From Anabaena sp. CCY 0017 (GTDB lineage Bacteria > Cyanobacteriota > Cyanobacteriia > Cyanobacteriales > Nostocaceae), in the NCBI RefSeq assembly GCF_963920885.1, contig NZ_CAWUDG010000023.1, positions 1 to 64,000 of the forward strand: DNA of 64,000 nt. Reading direction: 5' to 3'. Below, piece by piece: positions 16,110-26,450 of the stretch (positions are counted from its first letter, which is position 1; every line of letters starts with the position of its first letter). The notes below the pieces were generated by a model, which had not been told where the DNA came from, did no database searches, and saw nothing but the letters and a program-made list of their open reading frames with translations. The position numbers were made by a program, and so were the translations under genes.

Positions 16110-18770
16110 TTAATCCAACTTACTCAAAATATGGTTGACATCAACAGCTAACTTTTTCCCTAACTTCAGCAATTGACGACATTGATTATTGTCTTCTTTA
16201 TTGCTAAAATTTGTGAGACACAATGGCACAATTTGACTTTGCAAACAACTGAAATATAACTCTTGCGATTTATGTAAAGAAATACCAATATTTAGCTCAT
16301 AGCTAACATCAATTAACCGTTCTAAACATTGAATTTCTATGGCAAAACTACCGTTAGCATCGTGTAACAATTGCCAAAGTAATCGCATGATCAATTGTTC
16401 TAATATCTGCTTGCCTTCGGGTATATTCAGCCGACAATGTAGATGTTTCGCCTCAGTAGCGATCGCCTCTAATTCTATAACATGACTTAAGCTCAAGGCC
16501 GATTCCGTGATATCTTGCTCAAGCGATCGCAACGTCAGCATACAACGCGATCCCAAAGCAATCTCGGCGGCTACCTGCAACTCTTGCGGAACCTCTAACT
16601 CATCCCGGTGAAACGCCATCAAAATACCGTAATTATTCCGATAGACTTGGCTATAAAGTTGATCTAAACGGGTCAGTGTTTCCTGACTGAGTAGGCGCAT
16701 AATCCGGTGACGTTCTTCAGCAAACAGATTCTGCAAACTGAATGTTTCTTCTTTAAATAGCTGTGTCATCACCAAGATAGTTTGAGCCGCACTCGCCTGT
16801 TCTAAAGAACTAAACAGCTTTTCTTTCAACTTGCTGTAGTCCCGTCTTCCGGTAAATAATTGAGTACAGCAGTGGAAATCCCATCCGCCCAAATGCAGTA
16901 CAGCAAATACTAAACTCTCACTTTCCCAGGTAATTTCTGACACTAGCTGTAAATGTCCCACCGCCAGCGTCAATGATCCCATCCGTTGCAGTTGGTAATC
17001 TATCTCATTGACGGTGTAACAATAAACTCGCTTTTGGTCTGGATGAGGATATTTAGCTTTTCCAGGATGAGGATTGGGCTTCTCTGTAGATTTAGGATTA
17101 CCAAACAGAGAAGTAATGGCATAGTGAGCAGCTACTTGCTTTACACTAACCTGGGCAGTTTGCACCAGTTGACGATAGACTTCCCCACCATGTTTGAAAC
17201 TATCCACATTACTGGGGGCTAATCCCAAGCGTTTGAGGAAATTCTTTTCCAACTGCACACCAGCCACATCTCCAGCCAATTCCAAAGCACGGGAAGCATA
17301 GCGGAGGATTTGCGTACCTTCTGGACGAGAAATTTCTTCAAAAAACCAGCCGCAACTGGTGAACATCAGCAAAGCGTGACGCTGCATTTCCAGCAAGCGC
17401 AAAGCATCTACTTGTTCGGCTGCGGTGAGTTTGTGGGTTTGATGGCGAGACAGGAAGGAGTTAACATTAGCAGGAGAGCGATCGCGCATCACTTGAATAT
17501 ATTCATCTCGTGCTAACCAGGGATCATTAAATAGCAACCCAGCATTTTCTTCATACACCAAAATCAGCTGATCCCGCAGCCAATTTAAACTATCCCGCAA
17601 AGGTCGCCGCCATTTTTGATGCCAGACACCACCTTCACCACCACAACCACAGTCATCTTGCCATCTATCAACACCGTGGGCGCAACTCCAAGCTGTGGCG
17701 GGTTTAATTTCCGCTTCCCAAGTGGGAGTATTCAGGCTGAGGTAGTGAGCAAAATTTGTCACCGTCCAACCGTGTTTAGGAAACTCACCGATAAAAGCGT
17801 AGGCTAAAGTTTTTTCGGTTCCTTTCTTATGGTGTCCAAAGGTTTCCCCATCTGTAGCCACAGAAATTAATTGGGCTGGACGGTGATCCCCACGTACCGC
17901 CGAACCGATGCGTCCAGCAAAGTGACTGGAATTATAAACCACATCACTAAAACCCATATCCCGTGAAATGGGACCATCGTAGAAGAAGACATCAATGTAA
18001 GGGCGGGTATCAGTGTCGCTACTTTCTTTGAGATAACAGCGATAAGGACGGGTAGGATCAATTTGACTACCGCCAACTTCTAACCATTCCGGGTGGGGAT
18101 CATTCTCTGTTGGTAGGGGACGGCAACGCTGCGCTTGAGATGGTGCGAGGATAATGAAGCGAATACCTTCGGCAACCAAAGCTTCTAACGTGGGGTAGTC
18201 CACACCCGTTTCCGCTAACCACATACCTTCGGGATCACGCCCAAACCGAGAGCGAAAATCTGCTTTTCCCCAGCGAATTTGGGTGTATTTATCCCGTTCA
18301 TTGGCCAAAGGCATAATAATGTGATTGTATACCTGCGCGATCGCATTCCCATGACCATGCAAGCGCTGACAACTCTTGATGTCTGCCTCTAAAATGCGCT
18401 GATACACCTCAAAATCGTAGCGTTCTAGCCACGACATCAGCGTTGGCCCCATATTAAAGCTGAAATATTCGTAATTATTCACAATCTCCACTACTTCACC
18501 CTGGTCATTGCAGACCCTGGCAAAAGCGTTGGGGCGATAGCATTCCCAGTGAATGCGTTCATTCCAATCATGGAAAGGTGCAGCACTGGGTTGACGTTCA
18601 ATCGCGTCTAAATAAGGGTTTTCCCGTGGTGGCTGGTAAAAATGACCATGCACCGTGACATAAACACCAGTCGCCTGTTTCAGGGGATCAGTCTGGTGAG
18701 TATCGTGGGGAGTTGAATGTGATGTAAAACTTACGCCAGGGTTAACTGGCCTTTCAGCAGCAGAAGTCAT
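16110..18770 (-). CDS. glycoside hydrolase family 57 protein (cyanobacterial long form with C-terminal extension)
   Basis: N-terminal VHGHFYQPPREN signature of GH57. The 886-aa length is typical of the cyanobacterial GH57 plus C-terminal DUF architecture. Confidence 0.85.
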   Translation of the reverse strand: MTSAAERPVNPGVSFTSHSTPHDTHQTDPLKQATGVYVTVHGHFYQPPRENPYLDAIERQPSAAPFHDWNERIHWECYRPNAFARVCNDQGEVVEIVNNYEYFSFNMGPTLMSWLERYDFEVYQRILEADIKSCQRLHGHGNAIAQVYNHIIMPLANERDKYTQIRWGKADFRSRFGRDPEGMWLAETGVDYPTLEALVAEGIRFIILAPSQAQRCRPLPTENDPHPEWLEVGGSQIDPTRPYRCYLKESSDTDTRPYIDVFFYDGPISRDMGFSDVVYNSSHFAGRIGSAVRGDHRPAQLISVATDGETFGHHKKGTEKTLAYAFIGEFPKHGWTVTNFAHYLSLNTPTWEAEIKPATAWSCAHGVDRWQDDCGCGGEGGVWHQKWRRPLRDSLNWLRDQLILVYEENAGLLFNDPWLARDEYIQVMRDRSPANVNSFLSRHQTHKLTAAEQVDALRLLEMQRHALLMFTSCGWFFEEISRPEGTQILRYASRALELAGDVAGVQLEKNFLKRLGLAPSNVDSFKHGGEVYRQLVQTAQVSVKQVAAHYAITSLFGNPKSTEKPNPHPGKAKYPHPDQKRVYCYTVNEIDYQLQRMGSLTLAVGHLQLVSEITWESESLVFAVLHLGGWDFHCCTQLFTGRRDYSKLKEKLFSSLEQASAAQTILVMTQLFKEETFSLQNLFAEERHRIMRLLSQETLTRLDQLYSQVYRNNYGILMAFHRDELEVPQELQVAAEIALGSRCMLTLRSLEQDITESALSLSHVIELEAIATEAKHLHCRLNIPEGKQILEQLIMRLLWQLLHDANGSFAIEIQCLERLIDVSYELNIGISLHKSQELYFSCLQSQIVPLCLTNFSNKEDNNQCRQLLKLGKKLAVDVNHILSKLD

Positions 18771-19217
18771 GTATATTTATCCAAATAAAAAACTTACATT
18801 TGCGCCGAAACCTAGGATTTAAACCTTACTACAGAGGTTTGAATCAAAAATCCGGTATACAGCAAAACTATGATTATAGAATACAGTCAAATTGGCGAAA
18901 AAACTGTTTGACTAAAGCCGGAAATCTGCGTTATCACACAGCCATTAGGGGTTTTGATCAGCAGCATTAGTCAAATACATCAGGGTCTTTTTATCTATTA
19001 AACCCTATATTTCATGAAAAATCCTAGCTTTAATTAATATTTTTGCTACGAAAGTTTGCAGAAACTCCATAAATTGCAATTTTATTTTACATATCGAGTA
19101 CTAATGTAGAGACAGTATAATTTCTCAGGACACCGCAGACACTTCAGAGTATCCTAGTGTCTGTTTGCAAAATATTGCGAATTATCTGTGCATGATACTC
19201 TCACCTTAAGGTAACAA

Positions 19218-20309
19218 ATGTCAGTTAAAAATAAACTTTTTCTCGTTTTATTAGTGTTTATTCCAGTTTCCCTAGCAGCCCACTTTTTGGAGTGGGGAGA
19301 GTTGGTAGTTTTCATTACAGCTGGTTTAGCAATTCTGCCCTTAGCAGCCTGGATGGGTACAGCTACAGAAGAAATAGCTGTAGTAGTTGGCCCTTCATTG
19401 GGAGGATTACTCAATGCCACTTTTGGCAATGCCACAGAATTAATTATAGCTCTAGTTGCCTTGAATGCCGGCTTGGTGGATATAGTCAAAGCCAGTATTA
19501 CAGGTTCGATTATCGGTAATTTACTACTGGTCATGGGTCTTTCCATGCTTTTGGGTGGACTGCGTTTCAAGGTACAGACATTTCAATCGGTTGTCGCGCG
19601 GGTGAATGCTTCGGCGATGAATTTGGCTGTAATTGCCATTTTGTTGCCAACGGCTGTGAATTATACTTCCATCGGAATTAACGAAAAAGTTCTACAAAAT
19701 CTTTCGCTGGCAGTTGCAGTTGTGTTAATTCTGGTCTACGTTCTGACGCTGTTATTTTCGATGAAAACCCATGCCTATTTATATGATGTGGGTGTTGCAG
19801 AGATAGAAGAGGAAGAAACACCTCATACCAAGCCTAATATCTGGCTATGGAGTGGTGTGTTGTTAGTATGTACTCTTTTGGTGGCACTGGAATCAGAAAT
19901 GTTGGTAGGTTCTTTGGAAGTAGCCACATCTCAACTCGGTTTGACATCACTGTTTACAGGGGTAATTTTGGTTCCCATTGTTGGTAACGCGGCTGAACAC
20001 GCTACCGCAGTCACCGTGGCTATGAAGAATAAGATGGATCTTTCTATATCGGTCGCTGTGGGATCAAGTTTACAAATTGCCCTATTTGTTGCACCAGTTT
20101 TAGTAATAGCTGGATGGGTACTTGATAAACCGATGGATTTGGATTTTAACCCTTTTGAATTAGTAGCTGTGGCGGTGTCAGTTTTAATTGCTAATAGTAT
20201 TAGTTCTGATGGTGAATCTAATTGGTTAGAAGGGGTTTTACTATTAGCTGCTTATACAGTTTTGGGGTTTGCTTTCTACTTCCATCCTGTAATTGATGGT
20301 ATTGGCTAG
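19218..20309 (+). CDS. Ca2+/H+ antiporter (CaCA family, Cax/ChaA-like)
   Basis: Two alpha-repeat signatures GNATELIIALVA and GNAAEHATAV. 10-11 TM helices with an acidic loop (EIEEEE) between the halves. Confidence 0.85.
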   Translation: MSVKNKLFLVLLVFIPVSLAAHFLEWGELVVFITAGLAILPLAAWMGTATEEIAVVVGPSLGGLLNATFGNATELIIALVALNAGLVDIVKASITGSIIGNLLLVMGLSMLLGGLRFKVQTFQSVVARVNASAMNLAVIAILLPTAVNYTSIGINEKVLQNLSLAVAVVLILVYVLTLLFSMKTHAYLYDVGVAEIEEEETPHTKPNIWLWSGVLLVCTLLVALESEMLVGSLEVATSQLGLTSLFTGVILVPIVGNAAEHATAVTVAMKNKMDLSISVAVGSSLQIALFVAPVLVIAGWVLDKPMDLDFNPFELVAVAVSVLIANSISSDGESNWLEGVLLLAAYTVLGFAFYFHPVIDGIG

Positions 20310-20395
20310 TACCGCAGGGCGAAGTCAAAAGTGCGATTTTGTAGGTTGATTTAATATTTCACGGCATGACCTCACCCTGGTTTTGCTATGCAAAA

Positions 20396-20434
20396 CCTGT
20401 CCCTCTCCTTGGTAAGGAGAGGGAAATATAAACT
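20396..20434 (+). terminator. hairpin after cax (CCCTCTCCTT-ggt-AAGGAGAGGG)
   Basis: 10-bp perfect stem 86 nt downstream of the cax stop. The following tract is A-rich, not U-rich, so this is a weak call. Confidence 0.3.
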
Positions 20435-20932
20435 CAACTGTTCACTTAGCAATTTTTATGCCTGGAATAGGAATGAGGCGGTTATTTTTATTACTTGGCT
20501 GGAATTGGAAAAATTCTATTTTTTCAATGAATAGCTGGCTTGCAGTTAAAGATTTTACAAACTATAATTATACTTATGATTCCCAAAAGTGCTTATTATC
20601 TAAAAATGCTCAGTTTTATTACTGGATGAAATATTTTGTGCATATATTTATTTACCGCTATTAATTACTGAGAAAGTTGATGAGACTTTGGGAGGAAGAA
20701 AGCAAATACTAGGTTATTGTACATTTAACTAACTTAAATTTAAATATAGCAGATGCAATTAATCGCGTCTCTACAAATGGGAAGAATTAAATAATAACTG
20801 AGATATGAAATGGTTGATAAATAATAATTACAAATAAAAAATACATGATTTTTGGAATGTTTCTGTATATACCATTCCAGACACATAACAGGTGTTTTTG
20901 TCAAGTTATAGTATAAATTGTTGATAAAATGA

Positions 20933-21502
20933 ATGACAATGAGCGAAATTAGTCTGCTGATGACGGGTATATTAACTGCAAAAGGACTATCTTTACCCAA
21001 TAAATTACCGAAGCAACAACCATTGGACATGGAAAATAGCTTGGATAACCTCACACAGAATAACTTCACTCAATTAGTTGCAAATCCTGACGTTACACCA
21101 CCTGAGTTCATGCAAACAGATCACATTTCTTCAGTGAATTCATCTGCATCCCAGCTAGCTAAAGACAAACTATTTGAGAAAATCACAAAAAGGCATATAT
21201 TTTCAGGTTCGTTAACTCTGGCGAAGAACAACGATGCCCCAGTTATCAGCGATAATAGTATTAATATAGCAGCGCGATCGCCTAGATTTACTGGACCACC
21301 TTTACCTACTCTACGTTTTGGCAATTCCGGTACTTCTGTGAGAATTTTACAACGTTTATTAGTTTCTAATGGCTATGCAATTCGAGTGGATGGGGCTTTT
21401 GGTCCCCTGACTGAAACTGCTGTTAAAGCCTTTCAAAACCAGCGTAATGTCGGGGTAGATGGAGTCGTGGGGCCAGTTACTTGGCAAAATTTAAGCATTT
21501 AG
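20933..21502 (+). CDS. peptidoglycan-binding domain (PG_binding_1) protein
   Basis: The C-terminal 60 aa (LRFGNSGTSVRILQRLLVSNGY...DGAFGPLTETAVKAFQNQRNVGVDGVVGPVTWQNL) is a canonical PG-binding helical bundle. The N-terminal part is low-complexity. Confidence 0.7.
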   Translation: MTMSEISLLMTGILTAKGLSLPNKLPKQQPLDMENSLDNLTQNNFTQLVANPDVTPPEFMQTDHISSVNSSASQLAKDKLFEKITKRHIFSGSLTLAKNNDAPVISDNSINIAARSPRFTGPPLPTLRFGNSGTSVRILQRLLVSNGYAIRVDGAFGPLTETAVKAFQNQRNVGVDGVVGPVTWQNLSI

Positions 21503-21551
21503 TCAGTTGTCAGCGTGGAAATTAACAACTAACAACTGACTAATTATATTT

Positions 21552-23975
21552 CTAACGATGCTGATGCTGTTCTAATAATGCTTGGGCTTTGGGTTTGTAA
21601 ATTAGATAGAACAAAGCTTCCAAGTAGCGCAACAAATCTTCCCGGTTTTCCTTGGAAGTAAAGTTCCAAAATCCATAAATCCGTGCTAAAGATAGCAACT
21701 TGGTGGTATGAATTTTCCAAGTATATGTACTTAATACTCGGTTAATTCCTTCCTGAGAAACTGCATCCCAATATTGAGGACTGTGATCACACTTGCTCAC
21801 AAATTCTAAGATTTTTTCGGCTGTTTCTTCTAAATTTGTGGGGTTAATGTAAAAGCCATTGATTTTATCTTGGATAATTTCTAATGGTCCACCAAATTGG
21901 GTAGCAAAAGTTGGTATTCCTGAAACCATAGATTCTAAAATTGTCAAACCAAAGGCTTCAAATAAAGCTGGTTGGACAAAGATACCTTTGCGATCAGCAA
22001 TGACTCGGTAAATTTCACCGGAATCAGATTTGCTTAAGCGCACACCTAACCAACGAATCTTACCGTAAAGATTGTACTGTTCAATGATTTGATAGAGTTT
22101 GATAATTTCGTCGCGTTCTTCGTTGTCGCCTGAATCTTCTACACGCAACTTACCCGCAATTAAGATTAAGTTGCAATGTTCCTGCAATTCTGGACTCTGA
22201 CCATAGCATTCTGCTAAACCTGTGAGGTTTTTAATCCGGTCAAGTCGCGCAACGGAGAACAGAGGGCGTTTTTTGGGATCATCCAGTTTACCAAAGATTT
22301 GATTGGGATCTTCCAAGTTAAACAGGATATCAGCCAGGCGATCGCTATCAGCTTCTACTCGGTCTTCTTTACGAGTATAAGGGAAGTAGTAATTCTCGTT
22401 GACTCCAGGAGGTACAACGTTAAATTTGGGACTAAATAATTCAATCCCGTTGACTACGTGGTATAACTCCGGCATGGTGAAACATTTGTACGATTCGTAC
22501 TGTCCCACGCTATCGGGTGTCCCGACAATTTCTTGATAGGTACTGCTAACCACGAAGTTTGCAGCATTCATTGCAATCAAATCGGCTGTAAATTGTAAGG
22601 AGAAATGATATTTATCCTCTAATTCTTCCCAATAAAGGTTACTAAACAGGTATTTGGATTTTTCCAAAGCGTGGGCGATGTTGCACTGAGTCACATCCAT
22701 CCGCCGTGCTAACAGAAACGCTACCAAGTTACCATCAGAGTAGTTACCCACAATTAAGTCGGGTCTACCTTGAAATTCGGCGAGGAGTTCTTTTTCAGAA
22801 TCAATGGCAAAACTTTCGAGATAAGGCCAAAATTCAAATCGAGATATCCAGTTTTGCGTCATATTGGGGTTGAATTCCCGCAGAGGTACGCGCAAAATCC
22901 AGGCGTTCTCTGTACCGTGAACTTTTTCTAGCCGTTGATTACACAATGTCCCGTCACTATTGGGAATCAAACGGGTGAGAATAATTACTTTTGGCTCAAC
23001 GTTCAGTCCATCTAAACCAGCTAAATGAGCATCTTCTTGGAGTTGCTTTTGCAGATTCTTAGCTTGGTCGAGGACATAAACCACTTGTCCACCAGTATCA
23101 GGACGACCCAAAACGCCTTCTTGACCAAACCAACCGTGCGACGATACTAGGACGATTCTAAAAATCATCGGGATGCGAGAAATAAAGGCTTCAATGGTTT
23201 GGGGGTCAGGAGAATCAATCAGTTCATCTAAAATATCCAGGGTGTCATGTACCCGCTTGGCTGTGTTACCCCAACCCGGTTCAAAACCCATCATTTGCAA
23301 TTCAAGGCGAAATTCTTCGTAGGGTTCATCCTGGGGGCGATCGCTCATCACAAAGGTGATGGCTTTTTTAATTTGCTGAGAAAGTTGCTGCTTAGTTTTG
23401 ATGCGATCGTTGATTAGCAGTTGGACACCGTTGTATTGGTGGAGACGCAAGAAATTTAATAAGCTGTCCAGCAACTGTGTTGAGTCTTGGAAGATTTTGC
23501 TGGATAGATAGCGGTTGAGGAATTGTACCCCTTTACCAATATTTTTCGGGTCGCGGATTATGGGGGTGTAGTCATAAAAGGGACCGAAATCTAGTTCCAG
23601 CAGATCACCTTCTTGGGGATGAAATTTATCCACGAAGCGATCGCGTAGATCCAGCAATTCCTGTACTGTCATTGGCTCAACGTTCAAATCCTCTGTGAGC
23701 CGATAAACTTCTTGACTAGCAATTTTAGGACGAATAATAAAGCACAGGCTGGAATCCTCTTGAATAATTTCCTGAGTATAGTAAATTAGTTTACCTAACC
23801 GGGAAGAAGCCGCAGCAGTTTCTGATTTCTCTGACTTGGAGCAATAATCAATAAAAACATTCAGGATGTCGTTACGCAGCAAGTAATTTTTTTCTTCCTG
23901 GCGTAATTGACTAACGAAGGAACGCAAATCGCTTTTTTCTTCGCTATCCAGGATTGCTTGGATTAATTCAGACAT
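21552..23975 (-). CDS. susA: sucrose synthase
   Basis: 807 aa, with glycosyltransferase-4 core motifs (HGWFGQEGVLGRPDTGGQVVYVLDQ). The N-terminus (MSEL.QAILDSEEK) and overall length match Nostocales SusA. Confidence 0.9.
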   Translation of the reverse strand: MSELIQAILDSEEKSDLRSFVSQLRQEEKNYLLRNDILNVFIDYCSKSEKSETAAASSRLGKLIYYTQEIIQEDSSLCFIIRPKIASQEVYRLTEDLNVEPMTVQELLDLRDRFVDKFHPQEGDLLELDFGPFYDYTPIIRDPKNIGKGVQFLNRYLSSKIFQDSTQLLDSLLNFLRLHQYNGVQLLINDRIKTKQQLSQQIKKAITFVMSDRPQDEPYEEFRLELQMMGFEPGWGNTAKRVHDTLDILDELIDSPDPQTIEAFISRIPMIFRIVLVSSHGWFGQEGVLGRPDTGGQVVYVLDQAKNLQKQLQEDAHLAGLDGLNVEPKVIILTRLIPNSDGTLCNQRLEKVHGTENAWILRVPLREFNPNMTQNWISRFEFWPYLESFAIDSEKELLAEFQGRPDLIVGNYSDGNLVAFLLARRMDVTQCNIAHALEKSKYLFSNLYWEELEDKYHFSLQFTADLIAMNAANFVVSSTYQEIVGTPDSVGQYESYKCFTMPELYHVVNGIELFSPKFNVVPPGVNENYYFPYTRKEDRVEADSDRLADILFNLEDPNQIFGKLDDPKKRPLFSVARLDRIKNLTGLAECYGQSPELQEHCNLILIAGKLRVEDSGDNEERDEIIKLYQIIEQYNLYGKIRWLGVRLSKSDSGEIYRVIADRKGIFVQPALFEAFGLTILESMVSGIPTFATQFGGPLEIIQDKINGFYINPTNLEETAEKILEFVSKCDHSPQYWDAVSQEGINRVLSTYTWKIHTTKLLSLARIYGFWNFTSKENREDLLRYLEALFYLIYKPKAQALLEQHQHR

Positions 23976-24333
23976 AGTGACACCTAACGTTGATTTTTAT
24001 TTTTTGACTGACAGGACAAAGCTCACACCTCCTCCTTGAGCCTAATCACATATAAACACAAACAAACACAGACAAATTCTCTCTGTGTTCCTTAGCTCAT
24101 CCGTGAGCAGGTATCTTCATTTGTGTTTCTCTTTAGTCAGAATATATGCTACTCAGTATTTTTGCACTCTAACTAAGGACGGACAATTTTTCATCCCGCC
24201 GATGAATGTATGTCATGATTTTCACACAAAGTTGGAAAAATATTGGTAACTATAGAAAAAAGATTTTTTGGCAATTAATTTTTAATTTAATTGCTCTGGA
24301 TTACGATTTAGATCAATAATTTGTTTAAAATAG

Positions 24334-24407
24334 GGCGAACGATGGGAATTGAACCCACGAATGGTGGTACCACAAACCACTGCCTTAACCACTTGGCTAC
24401 GCTCGCC
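24334..24407 (-). tRNA. tRNA-His (anticodon GTG) with encoded G-1
   Basis: The reverse complement folds by hand as G-1; acceptor GCGAGCG/CGTTCGC (one G·U); D-arm with GG; anticodon arm GTGGT-TTGTGGT-ACCAC (GUG); T-arm GTGGG-TTCAATT-CCCAT. C73 pairs with the extra 5' G that is typical of tRNA-His. Confidence 0.85.
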
Positions 24408-24530
24408 ATTCGATATTCCTGATTATAGCACCTTGATCAGAAAATAAGCAAGATTTTTTTTCAAGGAACGGATTTTGTTAATTTAGAGTCTTTAGACTCC
24501 AATAACTACAGATAATTAAAGCTAGAACAA

Positions 24531-24911
24531 ATGAAAGCACTTACTATTATAGCCTGTTCGGGAGCAGTAGGATTAGCAGCCTTGGGGGTGGCAATGGCCA
24601 CAACCAATCCTTCTCAGGTTGAATACGAAGAGTATGCAGAACAACGGCTTACAGAGTATCTCAAAAACGACATTTGCCAAAAAACTACCAATTTCTTGGA
24701 AAATTTAATCAAATCTCAATGCGAAACTTTGGTAGATCAAGTCACTCCCCAAATGCGGGAAGTCTTGGCAAGAAGTTCAGAACAGCAGAATTTCGTGATT
24801 TTTAGTATTTATAGAACGAATTTAAATCTGAGTTCCTTGATACCGGTTTATAAATTTGAAACCGTGGGAGCATTTAATAACTTTTATACTTACACTGCCG
24901 AGCAGCAATAA
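24531..24911 (+). CDS. small membrane-anchored conserved hypothetical (DUF4359-like)
   Basis: 126 aa with an N-terminal hydrophobic anchor, then a hydrophilic domain. The family assignment is tentative. Confidence 0.4.
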   Translation: MKALTIIACSGAVGLAALGVAMATTNPSQVEYEEYAEQRLTEYLKNDICQKTTNFLENLIKSQCETLVDQVTPQMREVLARSSEQQNFVIFSIYRTNLNLSSLIPVYKFETVGAFNNFYTYTAEQQ

Positions 24912-24959
24912 GCCAAAATGGGGAATACTAATCGGTAAGCCCAATCAAAGCTTCCCCTT

Positions 24960-26279
24960 GTGATGAAACTCTGTCCAAATGTTGGCTGTCTATATTCGCA
25001 AAATCCCGATACGGATCTAGTTTGTATCAAATGTGGTGAAAAACTCTTGCTTCAAGACCGTTATCACTTGCTGCGGTGTCTTGGAAGTGGTGGCTTTGGC
25101 AAAACTTATTTAGCTGTGGATGAACACCTTCCCTCCAAACTCAGGTGTGTGATCAAACAACTCTGCTTTCAGGTGTCAGACAGGGAAAGCTTTGACAAAG
25201 CTGTAGAATTATTTCGCCAGGAAGCAGTGAGTTTGAATAAATTGCAGCATCCCCAAATACCGAAGTTATTAGGGTACTTTGAACAGAAGCATCAGCTGTA
25301 TTTGGTGCAGGAATTGATTTTAGGACAAACCCTAGAACAGGAACTGCAAGCACAAGGAGTTAAAAACGAATCCCAAATTGGGGAATTACTCCGCAATTTG
25401 TTACCAGTGCTGCAATTCATTCATGACCGAAAAGTGATCCATCGGGATATTAAGCCAGCAAATATCATGCGTCGTCTACCCCAAGGGGATTTGGTGTTAA
25501 TTGACTTCGGGGTGGCGAAACACGTCACGGCTACAGCATTGTCCAAGACAGGGACAAGCATCGGTAGCCCAGAATATATTGCGCCTGAACAAACACGGGG
25601 AAAAGCTTTACCAGCCAGTGATCTTTACAGCTTAGGTGTTACCTGTATTCACTTACTGACGGGAATTCCTCCCTTTGATTTGTTTGATGTGATCAGCGAT
25701 CGCTGGGTATGGCGTGACTATATATTGAGTGAGAATCGGGTCAGCCATGCCTTCGGTCAAGTTCTGGATAAACTGCTGCACAATACCCTTGCTAAACGTT
25801 ATCAATCTGCCGATGAAGTTCTGCAAGCCCTGAATATAGCCACATTACAGCTAGATAATTTCCAGGTAGAACTTGATTACAGCCGATTACGCGATTTACT
25901 GACTTTACGCCAATGGGAACAAGCAGACAAAGAAACTTGGGCGCTGATGTGTGAAGCCATCTCGAAGCCAATTGGTAGCTATATTTTTTGTAATGATTTA
26001 AAAAAGTTACCAGATGAGATATTACAAACAATTGACCAATTATGGTTGAAGTATAGCAACGGGCGTTTTGGCTTTAGCGTCCAGAAGCAAATTTACGAAA
26101 GTGTTAACGGTGACTATGGCAAGTTTGCTGCTGCTATTAGCTGGAATTCTTATTACTCCAACTCTATTCCAGAATTCTTTTTTATTTGGTTTGCTCCCAA
26201 AGGATACTTCCCTTCTAGGATTTGGGCTGGTGGGACTCAAGTTTGGCAACACACTCAGGTTTTAGTGTCCAAGTTATAG
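24960..26279 (+). CDS. Ser/Thr protein kinase with N-terminal zinc-ribbon and C-terminal GUN4-like domain
   Basis: N-terminal CPNVGC...CIKCG. Kinase subdomains GSGGFGKTY, HRDIKPANIM, DFGVAK, GSPEYIAPE. The C-terminal part (WEQADKETWALMCE...LWLKYSNGRFGFSVQKQIY) matches the GUN4-like fold. Confidence 0.8.
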   Translation: MMKLCPNVGCLYSQNPDTDLVCIKCGEKLLLQDRYHLLRCLGSGGFGKTYLAVDEHLPSKLRCVIKQLCFQVSDRESFDKAVELFRQEAVSLNKLQHPQIPKLLGYFEQKHQLYLVQELILGQTLEQELQAQGVKNESQIGELLRNLLPVLQFIHDRKVIHRDIKPANIMRRLPQGDLVLIDFGVAKHVTATALSKTGTSIGSPEYIAPEQTRGKALPASDLYSLGVTCIHLLTGIPPFDLFDVISDRWVWRDYILSENRVSHAFGQVLDKLLHNTLAKRYQSADEVLQALNIATLQLDNFQVELDYSRLRDLLTLRQWEQADKETWALMCEAISKPIGSYIFCNDLKKLPDEILQTIDQLWLKYSNGRFGFSVQKQIYESVNGDYGKFAAAISWNSYYSNSIPEFFFIWFAPKGYFPSRIWAGGTQVWQHTQVLVSKL

Positions 26280-26311
26280 AAAAGTGCTGAGTCCTGAGTA
26301 AATATACGACG

Positions 26312-26360
26312 CGGTAGGGGCGCAATGCCTTGCGCCCCTACAACAAATGTGGTTCAAATA
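26312..26360. repeat. palindromic dispersed repeat TAGGGGCGCAA-N4-TTGCGCCCCTAC + TGTGGTTCAAATA tail
   Basis: 12-bp perfect hairpin GTAGGGGCGCAA/TTGCGCCCCTAC. A near-identical unit with the same TGTGGTTCAAATA flank lies at 55658-55706. Confidence 0.55.
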
Positions 26361-26450
26361 CTTGGGGATTGTTATAATTCGTAATTCATAACATCAGTCT
26401 TGGGCTGGGTTTCTATATTTGTGTTTGTCTTATTCTGCTTTTAAATTTGT

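Noticed and set aside
20458-21069. ORFs 20458-20664 (+) and 20740-21069 (-) as genes
   Set aside because: They lie wholly in a very AT-rich tract, and the products are low-complexity (I/N/Y/K-rich) with no motifs. They are most likely non-coding.
26280-26450. Cobalamin/tetrapyrrole riboswitch upstream of cbiX-cobA
   Set aside because: No B12-box-like consensus or conserved riboswitch core is recognisable. The region is occupied by a dispersed palindromic repeat and AATTACG heptamers.
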